Assembly: GCA_031372565.1 (NCBI GenBank)
Contig: JANMLN010000200.1
Location: 1-28,289 of the forward strand
Direction of reading: 5' to 3'
Origin: Gemmatimonadota bacterium
GTDB lineage: Bacteria; Gemmatimonadota; Gemmatimonadetes; Gemmatimonadales; Gemmatimonadaceae
DNA length: 28,289 nucleotides
The first letter of the stretch is position 1. Each line of letters opens with the position of its first letter. Under the pieces are notes generated by a model, which ran no database searches, was not told the DNA's origin, and saw only the letters and a list, made by a program, of their open reading frames with translations. Shown piece by piece: positions 1-17,251 of this stretch. A program made the translations under genes and the position numbers.

Positions 1-140
1 AGATGGTGATGCCGGGGGACAACATCCAGATGACGATCGAGCTGATCACGCCGATCGCGATGGAAGAGTCGCTGCGCTTCGCGATCCGCGAAGGCGGGCG
101 CACGGTCGGTGCCGGCGTCGTCACCAAGATTCTCGCGTAA
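1..140 (+). CDS. tuf: Elongation factor Tu, 3' end (partial)
   Basis: Frame from base 3 reads [45 protein letters not shown], the canonical EF-Tu C-terminus; TAA at 138-140. Confidence 0.98.
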   Translation, partial: MVMPGDNIQMTIELITPIAMEESLRFAIREGGRTVGAGVVTKILA

Positions 141-160
141 CACACGAACATGCACGGGGC

Positions 161-182
161 GCCGATCGCAACCGCGATCGGC
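161..182 (+). other. Stem-loop between tuf and rpmG
   Basis: GCCGATCGC-AACC-GCGATCGGC, perfect 9-bp inverted repeat with no U-tract; could be an mRNA stability or processing element. Confidence 0.45.
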
Positions 183-211
183 AGTCCCGGCTTCTCCCGA
201 AGGACTGAGCA

Positions 212-364
212 ATGGCGCGCGACAAGATCATCATGGCCTGCAGCGACTGCAAGAATCGCAACTACTTCACCACGAAGAACAAGCGCACGCACCCGGAGCG
301 CGTCGAGTGGAAGAAGTACTGCCCGCGCTGCAACAAGCACGTGGTCCACAAGGAAACGAAGTAG
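212..364 (+). CDS. rpmG: 50S ribosomal protein L33, Zn-binding form (not in ORF track)
   Basis: Manual translation [50 protein letters not shown] (50 aa) with two CxxC pairs; AGGA upstream; tuf-rpmG-secE synteny. Confidence 0.97.
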   Translation: MARDKIIMACSDCKNRNYFTTKNKRTHPERVEWKKYCPRCNKHVVHKETK

Positions 365-366
365 TC

Positions 367-600
367 ATGGCGGACGACGTCGTCGTTCCCGCGTCGCTCC
401 CCACCCGCATCGTGACGTTCTATCACGATGTGGTGGCGGAGCTCAAGCGCGTCACGTGGCCCGATCGGCCGCAGGTGCAGCAACTCGCCATCGGCGTGAT
501 CGTGCTGTCCCTGACGATCGGCGCCGTCATCGCCCTCCTCGACCTCACGTTGCAGAACGTGCTGGTCAAGTGGATTCCTGCGCTCTTCACGGGTCGCTAA
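367..600 (+). CDS. secE: Preprotein translocase subunit SecE (single-TM type)
   Basis: ELKRVTWP motif followed by one hydrophobic helix; ATG 2 nt after the rpmG stop; lies upstream of nusG. Confidence 0.95.
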   Translation: MADDVVVPASLPTRIVTFYHDVVAELKRVTWPDRPQVQQLAIGVIVLSLTIGAVIALLDLTLQNVLVKWIPALFTGR

Positions 601-605
601 GGCAC

Positions 606-1160
606 ATGATCGAGACGATGACCCACCGCTTCTACGCCGTGCAGGTAACGGCGGGGCACGAGAACAAGGTCCGCAACCTGGTCCAGCGGAAGATCGACAC
701 GGACCCGGCGGCACCGGAGGCGCGTGGCATCCGGCAGGCGATCGTCCCGACGCAGGATGTCGTCGAGATCAAGAACGGCAAGAAGGTCACCGTTGAGCGG
801 AAGACGTTCCCCGGGTACGTGCTCGTCGAGATGGTCCTCACGCAGGGGACGCTCCACGAGATCGGCGGCATCCAGGGGGTCATCAAGTTCGTGGGCAAGG
901 ATCGCGAACCGGCCGCGCTGCGTGACGATGAAGTGAAGCGACTCCTCGGCGAGGAGCTCGAAGCCGAGCCCGAGGCGCCGAAGGAAGAGATTCCGTTCCT
1001 CGTGGGTCAGGCGGTCGCGATCACCGAAGGCCCCTTCACCGACTTCAACGGCACGGTCGAAGAAGTCATGCCCGACAAGGGCAAGGTGCGAGTCTCGGTG
1101 TCGCTGTTCGGGCGCCCCACGTCGGTGGAGCTCGACTACTTGCAGCTCAAGGGGTACTGA
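606..1160 (+). CDS. nusG: Transcription termination/antitermination factor NusG
   Basis: NGN domain (GHENKV, FPGYVLVEM) and KOW domain (GPFTDFNGTVEEV, VSLFGRPTSVEL). Start is ATG 606 or ATG 618. Confidence 0.97.
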   Translation: MIETMTHRFYAVQVTAGHENKVRNLVQRKIDTDPAAPEARGIRQAIVPTQDVVEIKNGKKVTVERKTFPGYVLVEMVLTQGTLHEIGGIQGVIKFVGKDREPAALRDDEVKRLLGEELEAEPEAPKEEIPFLVGQAVAITEGPFTDFNGTVEEVMPDKGKVRVSVSLFGRPTSVELDYLQLKGY

Positions 1161-1194
1161 GCCGCGGCAGGGCGTGAAGGTCCGGGACACCGGG

Positions 1195-1279
1195 GCCCCT
1201 GCGCGGGGCGGCTGCCTGACGTCGGCAGCGAGCAGCGCACCCGATAGGCGGTACAGCACGAGCCCTTGCGCGGGGCGGC
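1195..1279 (+). repeat. Pair of 18-nt direct repeats, each a small hairpin, in the nusG-rplK spacer
   Basis: GCCCCTGCGCGGGGCGGC (1195-1212) and GCCCTTGCGCGGGGCGGC (1262-1279), 17/18 identical. Confidence 0.8.
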
Positions 1280-1334
1280 CGGAGGTTGCGGCGAGGAGCG
1301 CACTGGTCGGGTACCACGACGACGATAAACAGAC

Positions 1335-1401
1335 TGTGGGAGTTCGACGCGCGCGGACCGAATGGTTCGAGGCGCGACAACGTACGTGAGGTCATCACAT
1401 G
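1335..1401 (+). promoter_or_regulatory. Putative L1-binding autogenous translational operator of rplK-rplA
   Basis: UGUGG(1335-39) pairs with UCACA(1395-99); asymmetric loop GAG/GUCA; then UUC/GAG and an inner hairpin GGACC-GAAU-GGUUC. The fold covers the SD (GAGGU) and the A of the AUG. GUGGGAG resembles known L1 operator sites. Confidence 0.55.
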
Positions 1402-1821
1402 GCAAAGAAGGTCACGGGTTTCGTCAAACTGCAGATTCCTGCAGGCAAGGCGAATCCGGCTCCCCCCGTCGGTACCGCACTCGGTCCGCAGGGGATCAAC
1501 ATCATGGCGTTCTGCAAGGAGTTCAACGCTCGCACGCAGGGCCAGGATACGATCCTGCCGGTCGAAGTCACGATCTACGGCGACAAGTCCTTCACCTTCA
1601 TCCTGAAGACACCGCCGACCGCGGTGCTCCTCAAGAAGGAGGCGGGGATCGAGAAGGGGTCCGGACAGCCGAATCGCAACAAGGTGGGCAGCGTCACCTC
1701 GGCGCAGGTCAAGAAGATCGCGGAACTCAAGATGCCCGATCTCAACTGCGAGTCGATGGAGTCGGCGATGGCCATGGTGGCCGGCGCTGCACGCTCCATG
1801 GGCCTGGAGGTACGCGACTAA
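1399..1821 (+). CDS. rplK: 50S ribosomal protein L11
   Basis: MAKKV...[20 protein letters not shown]...FCKEFNART signature. Confidence 0.99.
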   Translation: MAKKVTGFVKLQIPAGKANPAPPVGTALGPQGINIMAFCKEFNARTQGQDTILPVEVTIYGDKSFTFILKTPPTAVLLKKEAGIEKGSGQPNRNKVGSVTSAQVKKIAELKMPDLNCESMESAMAMVAGAARSMGLEVRD

Positions 1822-2510
1822 TGAACACTCACGGCAAGAAGTACCGCGCCGCCGCTGAGAAGCGCGAGGCGGCATCGCTCTACGCGCCCAAGGCGGCGCT
1901 CGAGCTCGTCAAGACGGTCGCGTTCGCCAAGTTCGACGAGACCGTCGAGGTCGCCGTCCGCTTGGGCGTCGATCCGCGTCACGCCGATCAGGTCGTGCGC
2001 GGCACGGTCGTGCTCCCCGCCGGCACCGGCAAGACGGTGCGCGTGCTCGTCATCGCCGTCGGCGACAAGGCCCGCGAGGCCGAGGCCGCCGGCGCCGATT
2101 TCGTCGGTCAGGAGTTCGTCGCGAAGATCAAGGAAGGGTGGACCGACTTCGACGTCATGGTCGCCACCCCGGACCAGATGGGCCAGGTCGGTCAGCTCGG
2201 TCGTATCCTCGGTCCCCGCGGCCTCATGCCCAACCCCAAGGCGGGCACGGTCACGATGAACGTCGGCCAGGCGGTGCGTGAGCTCAAGGCCGGCAAGATC
2301 GAGTTCCGCGTCGACAAGGGTGGCACCGTCCACGCCGCGATCGGCAAGGTCTCGTTCCCGATCGAGTCGCTCGAACAGAACTTCGGGGCCTTCATGGACC
2401 AGATCGTGCGCGCCAAGCCCGCCGCGGCCAAGGGCGTGTACGTGAGGACGGTGGCGGTGTCCAGCACCATGGGCCCTGGCCTCCGCATCGACACTACCCC
2501 GTACCGGTAA
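1821..2510 (+). CDS. rplA: 50S ribosomal protein L1
   Basis: [46 protein letters not shown] overlap with the rplK stop. Confidence 0.99.
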   Translation: MNTHGKKYRAAAEKREAASLYAPKAALELVKTVAFAKFDETVEVAVRLGVDPRHADQVVRGTVVLPAGTGKTVRVLVIAVGDKAREAEAAGADFVGQEFVAKIKEGWTDFDVMVATPDQMGQVGQLGRILGPRGLMPNPKAGTVTMNVGQAVRELKAGKIEFRVDKGGTVHAAIGKVSFPIESLEQNFGAFMDQIVRAKPAAAKGVYVRTVAVSSTMGPGLRIDTTPYR

Positions 2511-2516
2511 CGAGCC

Positions 2517-3008
2517 ATGAAGCGTACCGACAAGGAACGGCTCGTCGCCGAGCTGAAGGATCGCATGAAGGGCGCCAACGCCCTGTACTACACCGACTTC
2601 ACGGGGCTCAACGTGAAGCGCATGACCGAACTCCGCCGCCGCCTGCGCAAGGCCGGTGTCGAGTACGTCGTGATCAAGAACACCCTCGCGCTCAAGGCGG
2701 TCAACGAGAGCGGGCTCACGGCGTCGCCCCTCAAGGGACCGACGGGCGTGGTCGTGGCGAAGGATGCCGTCGCCGCGGCAAAGCTGCTCACCGACTTTGC
2801 GAAGGAGAACGACGCACGGCCGAGCGTGAAGGGCGGCCTGTACGAAGGCGAAGTGATCGATGCAGCGATGGTCAAGAAGTTGGCCACCCTGCCGTCGCGC
2901 GACGAGGCCCTCGGCCAGATCGCCGGCGCGTTCAACAGCGTCCTTGCCATGTTCGCCCTTGCGCTCGAAGCGCGTGCTGCGCAGCTCGAGCCCGAAGCGT
3001 CCAACTGA
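2517..3008 (+). CDS. rplJ: 50S ribosomal protein L10
   Basis: [28 protein letters not shown] motifs; position between rplA and rplL. Confidence 0.97.
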   Translation: MKRTDKERLVAELKDRMKGANALYYTDFTGLNVKRMTELRRRLRKAGVEYVVIKNTLALKAVNESGLTASPLKGPTGVVVAKDAVAAAKLLTDFAKENDARPSVKGGLYEGEVIDAAMVKKLATLPSRDEALGQIAGAFNSVLAMFALALEARAAQLEPEASN

Positions 3009-3074
3009 TTCCCCAGGCGTCTGCCTGACCAACACGCCCCAGGACGACCTGGGGGAACCACGGAGACACACACA

Positions 3075-3461
3075 ATGACCGCCACGATGAACAAGGACGA
3101 CATCCTCGACGCGATCGCGAACATGAAGGTCGCGGAGCTCGTCGAGCTGAAGGATGCTTTCATGACGAAGTTCAACGTCACCATCTCCGCCGTCGCGGCC
3201 GCTCCGGCCGGTGGCGCGGGTGCTGGCGGCGCCGCCGCTGTCGAGGAGCAGACCGAGTTCTCGGTCGTCCTCAAGGAGGCCGGTGGCAAGAAGATCCAGG
3301 TCATCAAGGTGGTCCGCGAGATCACCGGCCTGGGCCTGAAGGAAGCGAAGGACCTGGTCGACGGCGCACCGCAGGTCGTCAAGGCTGGCGCCTCGAAGGA
3401 CGAGGCCGCGCAGCTCAAGGCCAAGCTCGAAGAGCAGGGCGCTGTCGTCGAGGTGAAGTAA
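3075..3461 (+). CDS. rplL: 50S ribosomal protein L7/L12
   Basis: Ala/Gly hinge, [38 protein letters not shown] upstream. Confidence 0.99.
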   Translation: MTATMNKDDILDAIANMKVAELVELKDAFMTKFNVTISAVAAAPAGGAGAGGAAAVEEQTEFSVVLKEAGGKKIQVIKVVREITGLGLKEAKDLVDGAPQVVKAGASKDEAAQLKAKLEEQGAVVEVK

Positions 3462-3469
3462 GGGCTGTT

Positions 3470-3518
3470 GGCGCTCACCGGCACTCTCCGGTGAGCGCCT
3501 CCCCCTCGCTTCCCCCCG
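3470..3518 (+). terminator. Hairpin plus pyrimidine tract between rplL and rpoB (attenuator-like)
   Basis: GGCGCTCACCGG-CACTCT-CCGGTGAGCGCC, perfect 12-bp stem (3470-3499), followed by a C/T-rich run rather than a clean U-tract; same position as the E. coli rplL-rpoB attenuator. Confidence 0.55.
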
Positions 3519-3637
3519 ACCGGCTCTCGATGCTCCGTACCGCCCGCACCGCATTCCGTACCTCCGTTCGCCCGTTCCGCCCGCGCCGCTCCGGCGCGGG
3601 TGCGGCCGGGCCTTTCACCTGTCCGACCGGGTGATCC

Positions 3638-8275
<4,638 letters not shown>

Positions 8276-8278
8276 ACC

Positions 8279-12592
<4,314 letters not shown>

Positions 12593-12609
12593 GCCCCGCT
12601 GTCATGGGT

Positions 12610-12654
12610 GCGACGGGCCGGGACGCGATACGCGTCCCGGCCCGTCGTCATTTT
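12610..12654 (+). terminator. Intrinsic terminator after rpoC
   Basis: 17-bp perfect stem CGACGGGCCGGGACGCG-ATA-CGCGTCCCGGCCCGTCG (12611-12647) followed by TCATTTT. Confidence 0.85.
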
Positions 12655-12714
12655 GGCCCCTGCGTTACCTTGACCAATACCTGCCGGGAGGCAACTTCTC
12701 CCTCCCGGAGCGCG

Positions 12715-13248
12715 ATGGCAGATGCGGCGCCCGACCATTCCCGACCGGCAGCGCCCCGCTCCCTGAACTGGTCCCTGAGCCCGATGTCGAACTCCAAGCG
12801 CGCCTGGTTCCCGGCGCCCAACCCAAAGGGCTTTCCTCCCCCGGTTGGCCCCTACACGCCGGCAGTTCGGGCCGGCAACCTGATCTTCGTCTCCGGGCAG
12901 ACCCCCCGCGACCCGATCACGGGAGATTCCGGCAACCCCGATGTGAAGGTGCAGGCGCGGCGCACCCTCTTCAACCTCAAGACGGTGTTGACGGCTGCTG
13001 GAGCCACGCTCGACGATGTGGTGTCGGTCACCGTCTACCTCGCGGACATGGAGGCTTGGCCAGCCTTCAACGAGGTGTACACCGAGTTCTTCAGCGAGCC
13101 GTATCCCACCCGTACCGCCGTCGGATGCACGCTGCGCGGCATTCTGGTCGAGATCAGCGCGATCGCCTTGGTCGAGGGAGGCGCTGCGGGGCAGGGCCCC
13201 CCTCCCGGTGGCGCCAAGGGGTTCCGGCCCGACATGACGCTCTACTAG
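12715..13248 (+). CDS. RidA/YjgF/UK114-family protein (imine deaminase-like) with terminal extensions
   Basis: PVGPYTPAV, FVSGQTP, AAGATLDDVV, FNEVYTEFF, PTRTAV (catalytic Arg position), VEISAIA. Start uncertain: ATG 12715 (GGAG just upstream) or ATG 12784. Confidence 0.88.
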   Translation: MADAAPDHSRPAAPRSLNWSLSPMSNSKRAWFPAPNPKGFPPPVGPYTPAVRAGNLIFVSGQTPRDPITGDSGNPDVKVQARRTLFNLKTVLTAAGATLDDVVSVTVYLADMEAWPAFNEVYTEFFSEPYPTRTAVGCTLRGILVEISAIALVEGGAAGQGPPPGGAKGFRPDMTLY

Positions 13249-13266
13249 CGCCGGTCGGCTGACGCG

Positions 13267-14061
13267 ATGATTCTCGACGCGATCGCTGCGACGGGCAGCG
13301 GCGTCCGCCAGGTGGGTGCGTCTTCGGCGCTCCTGACCCGTTTCGTGGGCGCGCTCGCGCGCTCGACTCTCACCTACCCGCGCACGGCGTTCCGCCTCTG
13401 GTGGCGCGCGGTCACCAATCAGGTGCGCTTCACGGCGGCCGATGCAATTCCGTTCGTCGGCACGGTCGCCGTCGCGGTGGGCGGCATCGTGATTGTCGAA
13501 GCCAGCGCGCAGGCCATCAAGTTCGGAGGCCTCTCCGACACGCTCGGCAAGCTCCTGGCCAGCGTCATCGTTCGGGAACTGGGCCCGCTGCTCACGTCCA
13601 TTCTGGTCATCGGGCGCTCAGGAACCGCAATCGCCGCCGAACTCGCGACTTGCCGCGTCTACGGCGAGATCGACGCGCTGGAGGCGATGGGCGTCAATCC
13701 GTTGCACTACTTCGTCCTTCCCCGCATCCTCGGGGCGGCCATCTCGGTGGCGGCACTCACGCTCCTGTTCGACGCGGTGACGCTGACCAGCGGCCTGCTG
13801 GCGGCGCGTGTCATCCAGAACATCTCGCTCGAGGAGTACATCGGTTCGCTCAAGCTGGCGATGCGGGCGTGGGATGTGGTCGAGGTGACGCTCAAGGGCG
13901 CCATTTCGGGAGCGGGAATCGCGGCGCTCTGCACCTTCGAGGGGCTCAGGGCCGGCCGGGCGCCGACCGAGATTCCGCAGGCCGTCACCCGCGGCGTCGT
14001 CGACTCGCTCCTCTTCGTGGTCGGACTTTCCGGCGTCTTCGCCGTGTTGCGCTACCTGTGA
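13267..14061 (+). CDS. MlaE-family ABC permease (MCE system)
   Basis: VRELGPLLTSILVIGRSGTAIAAEL...EIDALEAMGVNPLHYFVLPRI and C-terminal EIPQAVTRGVV are typical of MlaE/YrbE. Confidence 0.93.
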   Translation: MILDAIAATGSGVRQVGASSALLTRFVGALARSTLTYPRTAFRLWWRAVTNQVRFTAADAIPFVGTVAVAVGGIVIVEASAQAIKFGGLSDTLGKLLASVIVRELGPLLTSILVIGRSGTAIAAELATCRVYGEIDALEAMGVNPLHYFVLPRILGAAISVAALTLLFDAVTLTSGLLAARVIQNISLEEYIGSLKLAMRAWDVVEVTLKGAISGAGIAALCTFEGLRAGRAPTEIPQAVTRGVVDSLLFVVGLSGVFAVLRYL

Positions 14062-14729
14062 GTGCCTTCCGCGGCCACGATCTCCGGCCCCGGCGGCCGG
14101 CCAGCGAGTGGACGGAGCCCGTGTCATTCGACGTGCCCGAGGGTGAGTGGTTCGTCATTCGGACGACGCCGGTGCGCAGTGGCGAGCTGCTCCGACTCTG
14201 TTGTGGGCTGGACGAACCGGCCCCGCCAGGCATCATGGAAGTCCTGGGCGAGAATCCGGGAAGCATGCGTCGTGACGCGGTGTTCAATTTTCGGCGTAGT
14301 CTCGGTGTGTCGCTGCAACCGGATGGTCTCGTGAGCAACCTTCCGCTCATCCGCAACCTCATCGTGCCTCTCGTGTACAGTGGAAACCGATCGCCCGCGC
14401 AGGCCACCCAACGCGCGGAGGCCGTGCTCGAGATGCTCGAGCTCACCAACTGGGCGCAGGCGCGGCCGAGTGAGCTGCCGCCGGATCTCCGGCAGATCGC
14501 CGCCATCGCGCGCGCGCTTGCGCCCGAGCCCAAGGCACTCGTGCTTGAGGACCCCCTGAACGCCGTCCGCTCGCGCATGGCCTCGGCGGTCCTCGATCGG
14601 TGCAAGGCCATCGTACCCTCTGCCATCGTGACCGTCTTCCGGCGGTTCGAGCCGCTGTACGACATCGCGGATCACCTCGTCCTGTGGGACTCGCGCGGCT
14701 TCGTCGATGCGGGCGAGGGGGTCGCATGA
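14058..14729 (+). CDS. MlaF-like ABC ATPase homologue with degenerate catalytic motifs
   Basis: GTGA overlap with the permease stop and ATGA overlap with the next gene. NBD scaffold is recognisable (VSFDVPEGE, LLRLCCGLDEP, LQ, RPSEL, IARALAPEP), but Walker A, signature, Walker B, D-loop and H-switch are altered. Confidence 0.8.
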   Translation: MSAFRGHDLRPRRPASEWTEPVSFDVPEGEWFVIRTTPVRSGELLRLCCGLDEPAPPGIMEVLGENPGSMRRDAVFNFRRSLGVSLQPDGLVSNLPLIRNLIVPLVYSGNRSPAQATQRAEAVLEMLELTNWAQARPSELPPDLRQIAAIARALAPEPKALVLEDPLNAVRSRMASAVLDRCKAIVPSAIVTVFRRFEPLYDIADHLVLWDSRGFVDAGEGVA

Positions 14730-15769
14730 AGTGGGAAAGCGCCGACCTCCGCGTTGGACTCTTGCTCGTCGCTGCTGCGGCCGTGGGCCTTGGCTCGTTC
14801 GTGTGGCTCACGCCGGCCGTCTCGGACGACACCCTGCCGTACTACGCCGACTTCCCGAGCGTGGACGGACTGGGCCCGCAATCGGAAGTCCAGATCGCCG
14901 GCTTCCAGGTGGGACGGGTCGCCGAGATCACGCCGCTCGCCGATCCGGTGAGCCGTCGTATCACCTTCCGCGTGCGCATGCAGCTGCGGCCGCGCATCGG
15001 CGGGAGCCAGCTGCTGCGACTACCCCAAGGGACCGTCGCCCGCATTGTCTCGGGTGGCATCATCAGCGGCGCCGTCGTCGCCCTCGAGTTCCCGCTGAAG
15101 AGTACGGGCTACCTCAAGTCCGGCGATGTGCTCACCGGGGCGGTCGCGCTCGGTATCAACGACCAGATCAAGCAGCTGGCCGAAGGCCTCGGCGATGACG
15201 TCAAGAAAACGCTGAAAGCGACCACGAAGCTCGTGGACTCGCTCCAGCTCGTTGCACACGACGCGCGCGGCGCCATCGGCGGTGTGACCGACCTGACGCG
15301 CGAGGGGAGGGAAGCCCTGCCGGTGCTGCTGGCCAACGTCAATCGCGACCTCAACAGCGTCGACTCGCTGGTGAACGAACTCCGGACCATCTCCCCGGCG
15401 CTCAAGGTGTCGCTCGACTCGGTCAACCTGCTCGTCTCCGATACGCGCAAGACGATCAACACCGTCAACGGGATGATGAAGGATCGCGAGCCCGAGGTGG
15501 CGCGCATCGCCGCCAACCTCGACTCGACGGCCGTCATGCTCCGCTGGTTCGTCGAACAGGTCGCGCGCCGCCCCATGCGCGCCATTACCGGCGTCACCAT
15601 CCCCATTCTCTCGCCGCGCGATTTCCAGGACGCAAAGACGACGGACGCAAAGGCAGGCGACGCGAAGCCAGCCGAGGCCAAGCCCGCCGCGCCGACTGCG
15701 GCCCCCAAGCCCGCCGACAACAAGCCGACCGCACCCGCTGCGACGCCGGCCAAGCCACCCCTGAGGTAG
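14726..15769 (+). CDS. MlaD/MCE-family protein with long helical extension and Pro/Ala/Lys tail
   Basis: N-terminal TM (LRVGLLLVAAAAVGLGSFVWL), MCE motif YADFPSVDGLGPQSEVQIAGFQVGRVAEI, heptad-like helical region, low-complexity tail. Confidence 0.9.
   Translation: MKWESADLRVGLLLVAAAAVGLGSFVWLTPAVSDDTLPYYADFPSVDGLGPQSEVQIAGFQVGRVAEITPLADPVSRRITFRVRMQLRPRIGGSQLLRLPQGTVARIVSGGIISGAVVALEFPLKSTGYLKSGDVLTGAVALGINDQIKQLAEGLGDDVKKTLKATTKLVDSLQLVAHDARGAIGGVTDLTREGREALPVLLANVNRDLNSVDSLVNELRTISPALKVSLDSVNLLVSDTRKTINTVNGMMKDREPEVARIAANLDSTAVMLRWFVEQVARRPMRAITGVTIPILSPRDFQDAKTTDAKAGDAKPAEAKPAAPTAAPKPADNKPTAPAATPAKPPLR
15629..15688 (+). repeat. Four degenerate 15-nt coding repeats, (D/E)AKxx
   Basis: GACGCAAAGACGACG / GACGCAAAGGCAGGC / GACGCGAAGCCAGCC / GAGGCCAAGCCCGCC encode DAKTT DAKAG DAKPA EAKPA. 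Confidence 0.75.
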
Positions 15770-15781
15770 CCCGCGCACGGG

Positions 15782-17251
15782 ATGGCGGACTTCCTGCTCG
15801 GCCTCGCGGGTGCCTTCCTCGGCAGCATCGTGGTGCTGGTACTCGCGCGCCACTGGCTCAACCGGATGGCGGTACGCGCCATCATGCGCTTCCGGCCGCG
15901 CCTCGACCGGTTCAAGCTGACGGCCAAGCCCTATGTCATCGCGGATCTGATGCACGATGACCGGATTGCCGAGGCCGTGCGCGCAAACGCCGCCGAGCAC
16001 GGTCGGGAGGAAGAGACCGTCTGGAAGCAGGTCGAGCGCTACCTCGACGAGATCGTCCCCTTCTTCAATGTGCTGCTCTACTACCGCGTGGGCTACACGT
16101 TGTCGAAGGTGCTGCTCGAGACGTTCTACAAGGTGTCCGTCGAGTATGCCGCGCCCAAGGCGGTCAACGCCCTGCCCAAGGATGCGGTCGTCGTCTACCT
16201 GATGAACCATCGCTCGAACGCCGACTACGTCCTCGTCAGCTTCGTGCTGGCGGGCGAGGTCTCGATTTCGTACGCGGTCGGGGAGTGGGCCCGCGCCTTT
16301 CCCCTCGAGTACATCTTCAAGAGCTTCGGGTCGTACTTCATCCGCCGGCGCTACCGTGATCCGCTGTACCACACGGTGCTGGAACGGTACGTGCAGCTCA
16401 TCACGCGCAATGGTGTCACCCAGGGGATCTTCCCCGAGGGCGGCCTGACGCGCGACGGCAAGTTGCTGCCAGCCAAGATCGGGTTGCTCGACTACATCCT
16501 CGGCGTCGGTCGCGAGGCGGCGCTGCGCGAGCGCATGTACATCGTGCCAGTGGCGATCAACTACGACCGCGTGCTCGAGGATCGATCCCTGATCCTCGAA
16601 CTCGCGGCGCGCGAGGGGCGGGTCAAGCGTCCGGGGCGATTCCAGCAGATGCGCGAGGTGGGCAACCACTTTCTCGGCAACGTGGCCCGTGCCTCGGCCG
16701 GCCGCTTCAAGAAGTACGGGCGTGCCGCGGTCACGGTCGGCGAGCCCGTTCCGCTGGCGCCGTGGTTCGCCGCGCAGGGAGGTGACGCGCTCTTTGCGCT
16801 CGAGCGTCCGGCGCGGCTTGCACGGGTTCAGACGCTGGCGGACGATGCGCTCCAGCGGATCGGCGCCATCATTCCGGTCACCCCGGTGCCGCTGGCATGC
16901 GCCGCGATCCAGTCACTGGATGCCGACTTCATCCCGCGACGGATGCTGCTCGAGCGGATGGAAGAGATGCGCGACGTGCTCGTCGAGCTCAACGGGCGCG
17001 TGTTGCGCGCCGATCGCGACATCGAGGAGACCTTCGAGCGCGCCTTACGCATGCTGGGCATGCGGAAGGTGTTGATTGCCAGTGGCGACGGCTATGTGGT
17101 CATGAAGCGCGGGCGTCCGCTGATCAGCTACTACGCGAACTCGATCGCACACCTGCTGGGGCCCTTCACGGCCGGGGTGCGCGAGCGTGATACACTCCCG
17201 GCGCTGGCCATGTCGGCACCGGAGCGCTCGAGCGCGGCGCTCTCGAGCTAG
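15782..17251 (+). CDS. Glycerol-3-phosphate/lysophospholipid acyltransferase (PlsB/GPAT-like)
   Basis: HX4D motif NHRSNAD, FIRR, FPEGGLTRDG, IVPVAINYD; N-terminal TM helix; ATG 12 nt after the MCE gene stop. Confidence 0.88.
   Translation: MADFLLGLAGAFLGSIVVLVLARHWLNRMAVRAIMRFRPRLDRFKLTAKPYVIADLMHDDRIAEAVRANAAEHGREEETVWKQVERYLDEIVPFFNVLLYYRVGYTLSKVLLETFYKVSVEYAAPKAVNALPKDAVVVYLMNHRSNADYVLVSFVLAGEVSISYAVGEWARAFPLEYIFKSFGSYFIRRRYRDPLYHTVLERYVQLITRNGVTQGIFPEGGLTRDGKLLPAKIGLLDYILGVGREAALRERMYIVPVAINYDRVLEDRSLILELAAREGRVKRPGRFQQMREVGNHFLGNVARASAGRFKKYGRAAVTVGEPVPLAPWFAAQGGDALFALERPARLARVQTLADDALQRIGAIIPVTPVPLACAAIQSLDADFIPRRMLLERMEEMRDVLVELNGRVLRADRDIEETFERALRMLGMRKVLIASGDGYVVMKRGRPLISYYANSIAHLLGPFTAGVRERDTLPALAMSAPERSSAALSS

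Noticed and set aside
109..605. Track ORFs 109..600 and 150..1160 as long SecE and NusG proteins
   Set aside because: The extensions overlap tuf, rpmG and secE in other frames; real starts are 367 and about 606.
1161..1398. nusG-rplK spacer as a tRNA, CRISPR array or relocated L10 leader
   Set aside because: No T-loop/acceptor-stem geometry, only two repeat copies and no cas genes, and the kink-turn pairing of the L10 leader could not be fitted.
14058..14729. ATPase homologue as a pseudogene
   Set aside because: No stop or frameshift, normal NBD length and intact 4-nt overlaps on both sides; kept as CDS.
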